Positions 9,268 to 18,573 of a stretch of 64,000 bases of DNA are shown here, piece after piece. The stretch covers positions 1,440,001 through 1,504,000 of the forward strand of contig OZ241744.1 of the NCBI GenBank assembly GCA_965200965.1, read 5' to 3'. The notes beneath the pieces are model-generated. The model had not been told where the DNA came from and searched no databases. It saw only the letters and a program-made list of their open reading frames with translations. Numbering within the stretch: position 1 is the stretch's first letter; every line of letters begins with the position of its first letter. Source of the DNA: an uncultured Candidatus Binatia bacterium (GTDB lineage: Bacteria; Desulfobacterota; Binatia; Bin18). The position numbers and the translations under genes are program-made.

Positions 9268-10566
9268 ATGCGTGCCTCTGGCTCTCAGCGTGACAGAAGC
9301 GGTCTCGATCTCTTGCGGGCAGCCTTGCGTGACGATTTGGATTTTCACGGCGCAAAAGGCAGCCATGCCACGCACAGTTGGCATCCTTTTCCCGCCAGGT
9401 TTCCGCCCCAACTGCCACAGTTTTTTATTGAACATCTTTCGGATCGCAAGGATACTGTTTTTGATCCAATGTTCGGCTCAGGTACGACACTGGTGGAGGC
9501 GGCACGCCTGGGACGGCGGGCGGTTGGGTGTGACATTGACCCTTTGGCACGGATGATGACAGCGGCAAAGCTGGTACCCCTTGAAGCAGCCAAAACCTTA
9601 GAGGCCGGCTATGCGGTCATCCACGCAGCCCGACGTACCTTGGGGTACGGCCGTGATCAGTTGGAGCGGGAATTATCCCAACGCTTTGATGAGAAAACCC
9701 GAGCGTTTGTCAATTACTGGTTTTTGCCCCAACACCAGCTGGAACTTCTCGCCCTTCTGAAGGAGATTGCGTTGGTGCGGCAGGGAGGGATGCAACAATT
9801 CTTCAAGGTGGTCTTTTCATCAACCATCATTGCCAAGTCCGGGGGCGTTTCGCTGGCGCGCGATCTGGCGCATACACGTCCGCACAGGGTTGCCGAGAAA
9901 AAGCCGAACTCGGCGTTCGTCGAATTTGCCAAGCGACTAAAAGCGAGTCTGGCCTCTGTCGCCGGCGATTCGGCCATTGGGCAAAGCGCCGACATTCGAG
10001 CGGCTCGCGCCGATAAAACCGGCTTGCCGCCGGCAAGCGTTGATCTGATTGTAACCTCGCCGCCGTATGCGAACAACGCGATTGATTACATGCGGGCGCA
10101 CAAATTCTCGCTGGTCTGGTTTGGCTGGACAATCGACACCCTGGCCAGGATTCGGGCCCAATATCTGGGCCATGAGGCCGTCGCCGGCGTGCGATTCGAC
10201 CCCCTGCCCCGGCAGTGCGAAGGAACACTTGCTACCCTGGCAGAGCGTGATGCCAAAAAAGCCGCGGTCTTACGCCGCTATTTTGGTGAGATGTCCGCTG
10301 TGATCAGCGAAATGTGGCGGGTCTTGAAAAAAGGCAAACCAGCGGTGATTGTTGTTGGGAGCTCGAATCTGCGTGGTATAGATGTCGAGACGCAAAAGGG
10401 GCTTGCCGCCATCGGCCAGAGTGTCGGCTTTGCTGTAGCGGGAATCGGCACTCGCCGGCTGGACCGCGATAGGCGCATGATGCCGGCGCGCTGGGGCAGG
10501 GATCGACATTCGCAGATTGAGGAACGGATGCACGAAGAATATGTGATCGGATTGATAAAACAATGA
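9268..10566 (+). CDS. Orphan N4/N6 DNA methyltransferase (SAM-binding motif before catalytic motif)
   Basis: HPFPARFPPQL, FDPMFGSGTT (motif I), DLIVTSPPY (motif IV, SPPY typical of m4C enzymes). Confidence 0.88.
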   Translation: MRASGSQRDRSGLDLLRAALRDDLDFHGAKGSHATHSWHPFPARFPPQLPQFFIEHLSDRKDTVFDPMFGSGTTLVEAARLGRRAVGCDIDPLARMMTAAKLVPLEAAKTLEAGYAVIHAARRTLGYGRDQLERELSQRFDEKTRAFVNYWFLPQHQLELLALLKEIALVRQGGMQQFFKVVFSSTIIAKSGGVSLARDLAHTRPHRVAEKKPNSAFVEFAKRLKASLASVAGDSAIGQSADIRAARADKTGLPPASVDLIVTSPPYANNAIDYMRAHKFSLVWFGWTIDTLARIRAQYLGHEAVAGVRFDPLPRQCEGTLATLAERDAKKAAVLRRYFGEMSAVISEMWRVLKKGKPAVIVVGSSNLRGIDVETQKGLAAIGQSVGFAVAGIGTRRLDRDRRMMPARWGRDRHSQIEERMHEEYVIGLIKQ

Positions 10567-10638
10567 AACAGAGCGAGATCGAGAAACTGCGATCCACTTG
10601 AAGGCCGCTAAGAACCATGTCCACAAGGAGGAAGAGCT

Positions 10639-12228
10639 ATGAGTCGATATACTGGAACAGCCGGCCCCCACGCCGCAGAGGGCTGGCAGGTATCGCGTTT
10701 GACCCCAGCGAGTGAGCTGTTTGGTGCCAACGGCATGCGGTTTGGCCCGGACGGCAGGATTTATGTTGTCCAAGCCTTTGGCAGTCAGATCAGCGCACTT
10801 GAGCCAACCACCGGGGCCAGGGAAACCATCTCGCCGGTCGGTGGAGAAATTGTCGCCCCGGACGATATCGCCTTTGACTCGCACGGCACAATGTATGTGA
10901 CCGAGGTGATGAACGCCCGGGTCAGTGCGCGGACGCCAAACGGTGAAGTCAAGGTCATTGCCGATAATGTGCCGGCGGCCAACGGCATCGTGGCCTACCA
11001 GGACCGGTTGTTCATGGACGAGTGTCGGCCGGGTGGACGCCTGTGGGAGCTGTACCCGGACGGCCGTTCACCCCGGCTGATGGCCGACAATCTGCCCTTG
11101 CCCAACGCGCTGATGGTCGGGCCGGACGGGAACATCTATTTTCCCCAGATCGCCGCCGGCGAAATCTGGCGATGCTCGCTCGAAGGTGGCACGCCCGAGA
11201 AGTTTGTCGATGGCCTGGCCGTGCCGACCGCGGTCAAGTTTGACAAGAACGGCCTGCTGACCACCACCCAGGCCGGCAGCGGCGAGATCACCAGGATCGA
11301 CATCCAGAGTGGTACCAAAACCCAGGTCGCCAAGGTCCGGCCGGGAATCGATAACTTTGTGATTGATGACGACAACCGGCTGTTCATTTCTCACTTTGTG
11401 GACGGCGGGGTGGCCGAGCTCATGAGCGACGGCACAGAGCGGGTGTTGAGCAACGCCGGTATGCTCGGCCCATTTGGTTTGTCGGTCGGCAACGGAACCC
11501 TGTTCGCCGCCGACGGCATGAGCCTGATTATGTTGACGGCCGACGGCCAGCAGAGCCGCCCGGCCCAGTTTCCCCAGGAGGGCTTCCCGGGGTTTCTGCG
11601 CGGCTTAGCGGTTGGTCCGTCTCATAATGTGTATGCCAACATCTCGGCCGGCAGTGTGGTGTCGTATGACCTTGACGCCCACGAGACCAGCGTTATTGCC
11701 GAGGGCCTGGACGAACTCTACGGCCTGGCGGTCAGCCCTGACGGGTCGCTGGTTGTGGCCGAGGGCGGGTCTGGTCGGGTGCTGGTCGTGACGACGAGTG
11801 GAGAGGTTTCGACCGCGGCGAGTGGCCTGGGCCGTCCGATGGGTGTTGCAGTGGCCAGTGACGGGAGCTGTTATGTGAGTGACGGCGACCGGGGTCAGGT
11901 CGTGCGTATTAGCGGCGGAACCTCGACCGTTCTTGACGGGCTCCAAAAGCCGCACGGGGTGACGCTGGCGGGAGACCTGTTGTTTGTCGTTGATGCCGGC
12001 AGCAAAGAACTCATTGCCTTCTCGCTGTCAAGCAGACAGCGCCAGACCGTGGCCAGCAATCTGCCGGTCGGCGCTCCGCCGGGTGTCACACCCAAGCTGC
12101 TGGCGGGCATTGCCGGGCTGGTTCCGGGACCGCTCACGCCGTTCTCCGATCTGGCCGCCGGCAACGACGGAACCGTCTATATTGCCGCGGACGGCGACGG
12201 CAGCGTGCTGGCTGTCAAACGCGCCTGA
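10639..12228 (+). CDS. SMP-30/gluconolactonase-NHL-type double beta-propeller protein
   Basis: Repeated GANGMRFGPDG / PDDIAFDSHG / GLAVSPDG blades; AAGGAGG RBS. Confidence 0.8.
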   Translation: MSRYTGTAGPHAAEGWQVSRLTPASELFGANGMRFGPDGRIYVVQAFGSQISALEPTTGARETISPVGGEIVAPDDIAFDSHGTMYVTEVMNARVSARTPNGEVKVIADNVPAANGIVAYQDRLFMDECRPGGRLWELYPDGRSPRLMADNLPLPNALMVGPDGNIYFPQIAAGEIWRCSLEGGTPEKFVDGLAVPTAVKFDKNGLLTTTQAGSGEITRIDIQSGTKTQVAKVRPGIDNFVIDDDNRLFISHFVDGGVAELMSDGTERVLSNAGMLGPFGLSVGNGTLFAADGMSLIMLTADGQQSRPAQFPQEGFPGFLRGLAVGPSHNVYANISAGSVVSYDLDAHETSVIAEGLDELYGLAVSPDGSLVVAEGGSGRVLVVTTSGEVSTAASGLGRPMGVAVASDGSCYVSDGDRGQVVRISGGTSTVLDGLQKPHGVTLAGDLLFVVDAGSKELIAFSLSSRQRQTVASNLPVGAPPGVTPKLLAGIAGLVPGPLTPFSDLAAGNDGTVYIAADGDGSVLAVKRA

Positions 12229-12349
12229 GCGTCGTGGCGTAGCTGTCCCGTTTTCAGGGTCCTGGGCTGCGCTCATGACCCGCGCCGGCCTGAACGGGCC
12301 GGCGAGGATTGAAACAACCAAACCAAACCAAACGAGGATATATCCCCCC

Positions 12350-13033
12350 ATGTCAGACTCCGCTCTTGCTCCTCCCGCTCCGTCGGCGACCGTCGTTGTG
12401 CTGCGTGACTCCCCCGCCGGTCTGGAAACCCTGCTGTTGCGCCGGAACTCCCGGCTGGCCTTCCACGGTGGAGCCTGGGTTTTTCCCGGCGGCCATATTG
12501 ACCCGGTGGATCATGTGGGCGGGGCTGAAGACGTCATGTTGGCCGCGGCCCGCAATGCGGCTGTGCGTGAGGCCCGGGAAGAGGCCAAGCTGGCGATTGA
12601 GGCCGACAAGCTGGTCTTCTTTGCCCACTGGACAACCCCGGTCATCCGGCCCAAACGCTTCTCTACCTGGTTCTTTGTCGCTCCGGCAGGACAGGGGGCA
12701 GTAGCGGTTGACGGAAACGAGATCCACGCCCATAGCTGGATGCGACCGCAAAAAGCCCTGGCCGCCCAGCAGGCCGGAGAGATTGAGTTGCCGCCCCCGA
12801 CCTTTGTCTCGATTACCAGACTGTCCGTTTTCCACACGGTCAACCAGGCCCTGAGCTGCTTCGCCGAGCGTGAGCCAGAGATATTTTTCCCCCGCCTCCA
12901 GACAGTAGCGGGTGGGGCGTGCTGCCTGTACCAGGGCGACGCCGGCTATGAGACCGGGGACCTTGACGCCCCCGGTGCTCGGCACCGGCTGTGGATGCTG
13001 AAGAGCGGCTGGTGCTACGAGCGGAAGCCTTAG
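12350..13033 (+). CDS. NUDIX hydrolase
   Basis: FPGG...AAVREAREEA Nudix box, HWTTP..PKRFSTWFF; start moved to ATG 12350. Confidence 0.88.
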   Translation: MSDSALAPPAPSATVVVLRDSPAGLETLLLRRNSRLAFHGGAWVFPGGHIDPVDHVGGAEDVMLAAARNAAVREAREEAKLAIEADKLVFFAHWTTPVIRPKRFSTWFFVAPAGQGAVAVDGNEIHAHSWMRPQKALAAQQAGEIELPPPTFVSITRLSVFHTVNQALSCFAEREPEIFFPRLQTVAGGACCLYQGDAGYETGDLDAPGARHRLWMLKSGWCYERKP

Positions 13034-13067
13034 ACCTCCAGGACAATTTTACCGAAGTTGTGGTTGT
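13033..13067. repeat. 35-bp direct repeat, copy 1 (duplicate of qor 3' end; att-like)
   Basis: GACCTCCAGGACAATTTTACCGAAGTTGTGGTTGT, 33/35 identical to 16026-16060; minus strand reads NHNFGKIVLEV*. Confidence 0.85.
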
Positions 13068-13099
13068 TCTTCTGGGCAGGTACAGAGCAGGCGAGAGAA

Positions 13100-14950
13100 T
13101 TACGATTTGCTGTTTTTCTCTCCCTCTGTTGCTGGAGTCATGAATCGTGGGGTTCGTGCAGTATCGCCGCTCACTAACACGCGGATTTCGTCAAGGTCTT
13201 CCTCGAACGCCTTTGCCGTGACCCGGCGATAGCGCCAACAGCTGAATTCCGGCCCACGACGCGCACTTATGGCTTCCCTCGCGTGACGTTCGAAATTAAA
13301 CGCCATTGCTCTATCGCCCGAAGCCCAACAGGCAATTGACATACACTGAAGATAATTCGGCTGCTCTTTGGTTTTCGGATTTTCCTGGTCGAGCTTAACA
13401 ACTCGTTCAAACAGCTGTGGCCTGACCTCTCCCGTCGCTCCCCATATCGCCATCCCGTAGTTGAAAGCGTCCCCGATCTCCATCTCCTCAACGTCGCGTC
13501 CCCTGTGGCGGAGAAGGTTCGCCGCCTCGTCGCACTTTCCAATACTGATATAAGCTGACACCAATTCCGATCTCGCCGATATGCGTTTGTTCTCAGGCTG
13601 ATTGTCATCGTCAACAAGCGATTGCAAGAGAGACACCGCGATCTTTCTTTCTTCCTCTGACTCGTCAAGGGTGTACGCAAGCCAGAGTTGGTCTTCAAAG
13701 TCCAGGGATGCAACTGCCGCGGACTCAGCAACGCCTTTGAGACTGTCAGGGCTCACCTTCCGTATCGCTGCCCTGACGAGAGGAGGGGGTAATCGGTCGG
13801 AGCGTAGAGCTTGCCATGCATCTTCGTTCGCACCGTCCATATCCCCACTCCCAGCACGAACCCGAGCCCGGTGCAGATATCCATCGGGCTCAGTGTATCC
13901 AGCTTCGAGCGCACGATCGAATAACGACACGGCCTGTTCCAAGTGTTGTTGATCTTCTTGGAACCTACCAAGGGTGAACAGGACTTCCCCATCGCTCGAA
14001 TGCATCTCCTCAATATCCTGGAGCGTCTCGTCCATCCTCTGCTGTGACTCGTACCTTACTCCCCGACTGCGCAGCTGCCTTCCCGCTCGCTGAATGTAGG
14101 CTAGTGCTCCCTCCCGGTCTGCTAAATTGCCTCTGACAATCTCTTGAACGAGCTTGCGATATTCCTGCGCGAGCCGACTTTTCGGACGGTCCTTGGTGAA
14201 CACCACTTGGTTCAGCAGGGCCAGGCTGTTATATCGGTGTACGATCGCAGGTTCGTGGTCAAAGTCTAACTGCCGCTGGAATGCGCTGATCTTGCTCTCC
14301 AGAATCCTGTCTTCGTCGTCCAGATCGGGTACGTTGGACATCACAAAGTGCAGAGCAATCTCCTTGTTGCGTGGCGTGCGGGCTTCCGACCGAATATCCT
14401 GGACAATTCTGGTCAAACCCCGCAGATTCTGCTCGTTTGGAAAGAACAGGAGTAACACGGCGTCGGGGAGTTGGCGGGTACAGATGCCGGCGGTATCCGT
14501 GTGGCCGGTGCGCGAGTCGATCAGCACATAGTCCGGCTTGATGGTCTCTTCCCACTGCTCCTTCAGGTCCTCAAACAGAAGATAGCCGTCGTGTTTTTCG
14601 TACAGGGTGGCCCAGTCAATCTGATTGAATTTGGTGGCGTAAAATTCTCGCTGTGCGCCGGAGGGCATGATCCACAAGCCACCGCGATCGCCAATGCCGG
14701 ACGATTTGTAAATGAACCGGTCAACCTCCGGGGCTTGACCGGAATCCAGATATTCGCCAACAAAGTCGATGATTCCCGGAACGAAGTTCTCGGAACCCAG
14801 AATGTCGAAGGTGTCGAGTCCCGGGGCCTCCAAATCGAAATCAACGGCAAGGACACGCCGGCCTGTGTTGGCGAGTTCGACAGCGATATTCACGAGTGCC
14901 ATTGTGCGCCCGACACCGCCTTTGAACGAGTAGAATGTCGTAATGAACAT
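13100..14950 (-). CDS. KGGVGR-variant ParA/MinD-like ATPase with C-terminal TPR-like helical region
   Basis: MFITTFYSFKGGVGRTMAL, VDFDLEAPGL, YVLIDSRTG; helical-repeat C-terminus. Confidence 0.85.
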   Translation of the reverse strand: MFITTFYSFKGGVGRTMALVNIAVELANTGRRVLAVDFDLEAPGLDTFDILGSENFVPGIIDFVGEYLDSGQAPEVDRFIYKSSGIGDRGGLWIMPSGAQREFYATKFNQIDWATLYEKHDGYLLFEDLKEQWEETIKPDYVLIDSRTGHTDTAGICTRQLPDAVLLLFFPNEQNLRGLTRIVQDIRSEARTPRNKEIALHFVMSNVPDLDDEDRILESKISAFQRQLDFDHEPAIVHRYNSLALLNQVVFTKDRPKSRLAQEYRKLVQEIVRGNLADREGALAYIQRAGRQLRSRGVRYESQQRMDETLQDIEEMHSSDGEVLFTLGRFQEDQQHLEQAVSLFDRALEAGYTEPDGYLHRARVRAGSGDMDGANEDAWQALRSDRLPPPLVRAAIRKVSPDSLKGVAESAAVASLDFEDQLWLAYTLDESEEERKIAVSLLQSLVDDDNQPENKRISARSELVSAYISIGKCDEAANLLRHRGRDVEEMEIGDAFNYGMAIWGATGEVRPQLFERVVKLDQENPKTKEQPNYLQCMSIACWASGDRAMAFNFERHAREAISARRGPEFSCWRYRRVTAKAFEEDLDEIRVLVSGDTARTPRFMTPATEGEKNSKS

Positions 14951-14955
14951 CTCGG

Positions 14956-15519
14956 TCAGGCTGCCAGTCGCAACTGAAAGCTGTCTTGCTCTCGCCGAAC
15001 GGCGTCGGAATCCTTCAGACATCGAAAGCGCCTGCCGTCCACAGGCGATGCTGTTACTGAAGACCACCCAGCAGATGCAAAACTCTTGAGCCTTTGCATG
15101 GTCGCGGGGCTTGCCAGAAGCCGCAGGTAGCGGTCGTTCGCCAGGGTCTGAATCATGGTCCCGTTTTCCCAACGGTTCAGCGTTGCTTCGCCAAGCCCGG
15201 TCACCTCGGCGAAGGCTGCGCGTGTCATCCCATGACTGTCTCTGATCCGTCGTATTTCCGCGGGGGTAAGAACACCAAAATGGTGACAGACCGCGTCGTG
15301 CTTCAGCCGCTCAGCTTCGTCGTCAAGAAATGTGACTGCACAGGAGCCACAGCGCCGCACCGGCAGATCTATGGTCAGATCGACAGCGGATTCTCCAGAA
15401 CCGTAGCTGAATGTGTGTCGATGTGTGAATGTTGTTACTGCATTGTCGCCACACTGTGGGCATGTGTAGCCGCTTTCTGCCACAGCAGGTATCCGGGTTG
15501 TCAAGGGTCGAGATTCCAT
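14956..15519 (-). CDS. MqsA-family antitoxin (Zn finger + XRE HTH)
   Basis: CPQC...CGSC zinc finger; LTPAEIRRIR..GMTRAAFAEVTGLGEATLNRWENG HTH. Confidence 0.85.
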   Translation of the reverse strand: MESRPLTTRIPAVAESGYTCPQCGDNAVTTFTHRHTFSYGSGESAVDLTIDLPVRRCGSCAVTFLDDEAERLKHDAVCHHFGVLTPAEIRRIRDSHGMTRAAFAEVTGLGEATLNRWENGTMIQTLANDRYLRLLASPATMQRLKSFASAGWSSVTASPVDGRRFRCLKDSDAVRREQDSFQLRLAA

Positions 15520-15530
15520 ATGTCACATCC

Positions 15531-15884
15531 CTATTCCGGCTCGGAGTAGTGAAAGCTGCGCCCCCATATCTTTCCAGACCCGAGTTCGAGTTTGACATAG
15601 AGGGTAGGAGCATCCGGCTCCAGGTCGATCTTCATGACGTAACCTGTGGCTCCCGGCGGCTTGCGAAGGGTCACTGTGTCTATATTGTGCTTGCTTTCGA
15701 GCTTGGAGGCGATCAGGTCCCAGGCCGCCGCGTCCGTGAAGTGGGTATCGAGCATTCCGGACGGGTTGCGAACACTGCCAGGACGCCAATCGGTCGGGCG
15801 ATCGAGGTCGAACCCGGTCACACGGGAACGGGGTCGCCTTGCCAGGATCGCCAGTTGGTGACGTACCGAATCGTCTATACCCAT
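15531..15884 (-). CDS. Putative MqsR-like toxin
   Basis: 117 aa directly upstream of the mqsA-like gene; C-terminal LYVKLEL...RSFH resembles MqsR-type RNases. Confidence 0.65.
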   Translation of the reverse strand: MGIDDSVRHQLAILARRPRSRVTGFDLDRPTDWRPGSVRNPSGMLDTHFTDAAAWDLIASKLESKHNIDTVTLRKPPGATGYVMKIDLEPDAPTLYVKLELGSGKIWGRSFHYSEPE

Positions 15885-15929
15885 GTGAGCGACCGATCTT
15901 TATACGCCCGTAAGTATGCATCACTCACA

Positions 15930-15957
15930 ATCATATGATAGAAATTTTTAAAGTCAA
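15930..15957 (-). promoter_or_regulatory. sigma70-like promoter of the TA operon with overlapping palindrome
   Basis: TTGACT-N16-TATGAT in an AT-rich patch; palindrome ATCATATGAT (15930-15939) overlaps the -10 box. Confidence 0.55.
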
Positions 15958-16019
15958 GAGCCTCTTTCAATCGTATGATAGGAAAAATTGTGATTGACTC
16001 GCCAGAGCGACGGGACGGT

Positions 16020-17000
16020 TTACGCGACCTCCAGGACAATTTTGCCGAAGTTGCGGTTGTCTTCCATGTATTGATGGGCCGCGGCGGCCTGGGCGAGCGG
16101 AAAAACGGTATCAATGATCGGTCGGATGTTTCCCGCGGTCAGCAGCGGCAGCCAAGTCTGCCTGAAGCGCCGGGTAATCTCGATTTTCTCCGCAAGCGGG
16201 CGGCTGCGCAGCACCGAGCCGAAGACCTGGAGGCGTTTGCTCAGAATCAGACCGAGGTTGGTTTCGACTTTCACCCCGCCCATCAGCCCGACTAGCACCA
16301 GCCGCCCGCCGGTCTTCAGGCTGCGCAGATTCCTGTCCCAGTAGGCCGCGCCGATGAAGTCCTCAATGAGGTCTACGCCCCGCCCCCGTGTCTGTTCGCG
16401 CACCCAGTCGGCAAAGTCCTGCTCGTGGTAGTTGCAGCCGGCCTCGGCCCCGAGTTCGAGACAGCGCCGAATTTTCTCCCCAGACCCGGCGGTAATCAGA
16501 ACCCGGGCACCGGTTTCACGCGCCATCTGGATGCCGGCCGTCCCCACCCCACTCGCCCCGGCGTGGATCAGAATGGTTTCACCGGCTTTGAGGCCGCCAA
16601 GGGTGAAGATCGTTTCCTGGGCGGTGAAATAGACCTCGGGCACTGCCGCGGCCTGACCGAAGCTCCAGCCGTCCGGGATGGGCATGGCCATCCGCGCATC
16701 AATAATGGCCTGCTCCGCATAGCCGCCGCTGCCGACCAGACCAAAGACGCGGTCGCCCAGTCTAAAGCCGTGGACCGCGGAGCCGGCCGCCTCCACCTCA
16801 CCGGCTAGTTCCAGACCCAGGATGTCCGATTCGCCGGCCGGCGGTGGATAGGCACCGCGGCGTTGCATGGTGTCGGCGCGGTTGAGGGCAGAGGCGCAGA
16901 CCCGCACGAGGAGTTGATCCGGCCCCGGGATCGGGTCGGCCACGTCGGCCAACTCCAAGACCTCTGGGCCGCCGGGTTTGGCAAAAGTAATGGCTTTCAT
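16020..17000 (-). CDS. NAD(P)H-quinone oxidoreductase (PIG3-type, zinc-independent MDR)
   Basis: NRAD..QRRGAYPPPAGESDILGLE, HAGASGVG, NRNFGKIVL. Confidence 0.92.
   Translation of the reverse strand: MKAITFAKPGGPEVLELADVADPIPGPDQLLVRVCASALNRADTMQRRGAYPPPAGESDILGLELAGEVEAAGSAVHGFRLGDRVFGLVGSGGYAEQAIIDARMAMPIPDGWSFGQAAAVPEVYFTAQETIFTLGGLKAGETILIHAGASGVGTAGIQMARETGARVLITAGSGEKIRRCLELGAEAGCNYHEQDFADWVREQTRGRGVDLIEDFIGAAYWDRNLRSLKTGGRLVLVGLMGGVKVETNLGLILSKRLQVFGSVLRSRPLAEKIEITRRFRQTWLPLLTAGNIRPIIDTVFPLAQAAAAHQYMEDNRNFGKIVLEVA
16026..16060. repeat. 35-bp direct repeat, copy 2 (within qor 3' end)
   Basis: GACCTCCAGGACAATTTTGCCGAAGTTGCGGTTGT. Confidence 0.85.
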
Positions 17001-17009
17001 GGCTGGGCC

Positions 17010-17801
17010 TTATTTTCCTTGGAAGCGTGGCTTGCGTTTCTCCACAAAGGCCGTCACTCCCTCGGCAAAGTCGGGTGACTGGGCCGAGATGGTGATGGAC
17101 CGTGCTTCGCTGTGGAGTTGTTCTTGGAAAGAGCTGCCAAAACTCTGGTTTAGGAGCAGCTTGGTGCGGCCAAAGGCCGCGGTCGGTCCTTGGGCCAACT
17201 CATCGGCCAGGCTTGTGGCTTCTTCCAGGACGTTTTCGGGCGGGACGACGGCGGTGGCCAAGCCGAGCTCGAGCGCTTCCTGGGCCGACACCGGGGTGTT
17301 GCGCATAAACAGTGCTGTGGCCCTGCCCATGCCGACAAAACGGGGCAGGAAGAAGGTTGAACTGGAGTCCGGGCTAGCCCCAATGCCGAGAAAAGCGGTC
17401 ACCAGACTGGCCTTGGCCGACACAATCCGAAAATCGCAGGCCAGGGCCAAGCCAAGCCCCCCGCCGGCCGCCACGCCGTTGAGGGCGGCAATCACCGGCT
17501 TTTGCATTTCACGCACGAGACCGATCGCTGTATGCAGGATCGGCATCATCTTTTCAAAGCTGGGTCCGATCGTCCGGGTTTGCAATTCACCGACAAAAAA
17601 CTTGATATCCCCCCCACCGCTAAAGGCCCGGCCCTGGCCGGTCAGAATAACCGCCCGGACATCCGTATCATCGGCACAGACCTGGAGGGACTGGCGCAGG
17701 CCAAGCGACAGCTCGGTATTCATCACATTCAACTGCTCGGGGCGGTTGAGGGTAAGAGTAGCCACCCGGCCCTGGCGATCCAACAGTACGGCGTCTCCCA
17801 T
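17010..17801 (-). CDS. Enoyl-CoA hydratase/isomerase (PaaG-like)
   Basis: LNRPEQLN, AFSGGGDI, NGVAAGGG, EKRKPRFQGK. Confidence 0.9.
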   Translation of the reverse strand: MGDAVLLDRQGRVATLTLNRPEQLNVMNTELSLGLRQSLQVCADDTDVRAVILTGQGRAFSGGGDIKFFVGELQTRTIGPSFEKMMPILHTAIGLVREMQKPVIAALNGVAAGGGLGLALACDFRIVSAKASLVTAFLGIGASPDSSSTFFLPRFVGMGRATALFMRNTPVSAQEALELGLATAVVPPENVLEEATSLADELAQGPTAAFGRTKLLLNQSFGSSFQEQLHSEARSITISAQSPDFAEGVTAFVEKRKPRFQGK

Positions 17802-17929
17802 CGTCTTCTCCTTTTGCACGCCAGTGTTCCTGCCGTGTGCCGGCTTGACGGGGCGGACAGGATCACCGAGCATAGTCTGGCTCTGCTCCATATAAAATTC
17901 CTGGCCTGAGCGAAAGAGAGGAGACGTGT

Positions 17930-18379
17930 ATGCCGGTCAAACAGACCACACCGCCCCAAGCCCACCAGACCCTGAGCGCGGATCCGTCGGTCGTCTATCT
18001 CGACGTGCGAACCGAGGCCGAATTTACCACCGGACATCCGCCCGGTGCGCTGAATATCCCGGTCATCTTTTTTGACCCGGCGACCCGCCAGCCGAGGCCG
18101 AATCCGGGCTTTCAGACGGTTGTTGAGGCCGCTATCGCCAAAGGGACGGCGGTAATTGTCGGCTGTCAGGCCGGGGTGCGCTCACAGCGCGCCGCGGAAC
18201 TCATGCAGCAGGCCGGCTACAGCGATGTGACCAATATGCAGGGCGGATTTGGCGGCGGCCAGACGCCGGCCGGGGAAGTGGTAGCGGGCTGGCGCGATGC
18301 CGGCCTGCCGGTCAGCACCGACAACGGCGACGGGATCAGCTACGCCTCTTTGGCCGCCAAAGCGGGGGGTGGGGGATAG
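17930..18379 (+). CDS. Single-domain rhodanese (Cys active site)
   Basis: LDVRTEAEF..GHPPGALNIP, GCQAGVRS, GWRDAGLP. Confidence 0.9.
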   Translation: MPVKQTTPPQAHQTLSADPSVVYLDVRTEAEFTTGHPPGALNIPVIFFDPATRQPRPNPGFQTVVEAAIAKGTAVIVGCQAGVRSQRAAELMQQAGYSDVTNMQGGFGGGQTPAGEVVAGWRDAGLPVSTDNGDGISYASLAAKAGGGG

Positions 18380-18456
18380 CCTCTGAAAATCCAGTCAACC
18401 CGGCTTTGATTGACCGGGCCGGGGACGCTGCCGGACGACGATCACGCCGCCCGCTG

Positions 18457-18573
18457 AGGTCTGAACCCGGATTCATCTGATTAGGAGATTCGCGTGATTC
18501 CCCGCCCTGGCCTCCCCCCTGCTGACTCCTCCCCTGCCCATCAGCGGAATCACACCGCTCACAGTTCAGACCT
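18457..18573. repeat. 117-bp element with nested inverted repeats
   Basis: AGGTCTGAAC (18457-18466) / GTTCAGACCT (18564-18573); inner GTGATTCC / GGAATCAC enclosing C-runs. Confidence 0.5.

Noticed and set aside
12314-12333. AACCA pentamer run upstream of the NUDIX gene (and AAGTCAA-like run near 50210)
   Set aside because: Too short (about 3 units) to argue for phase variation.
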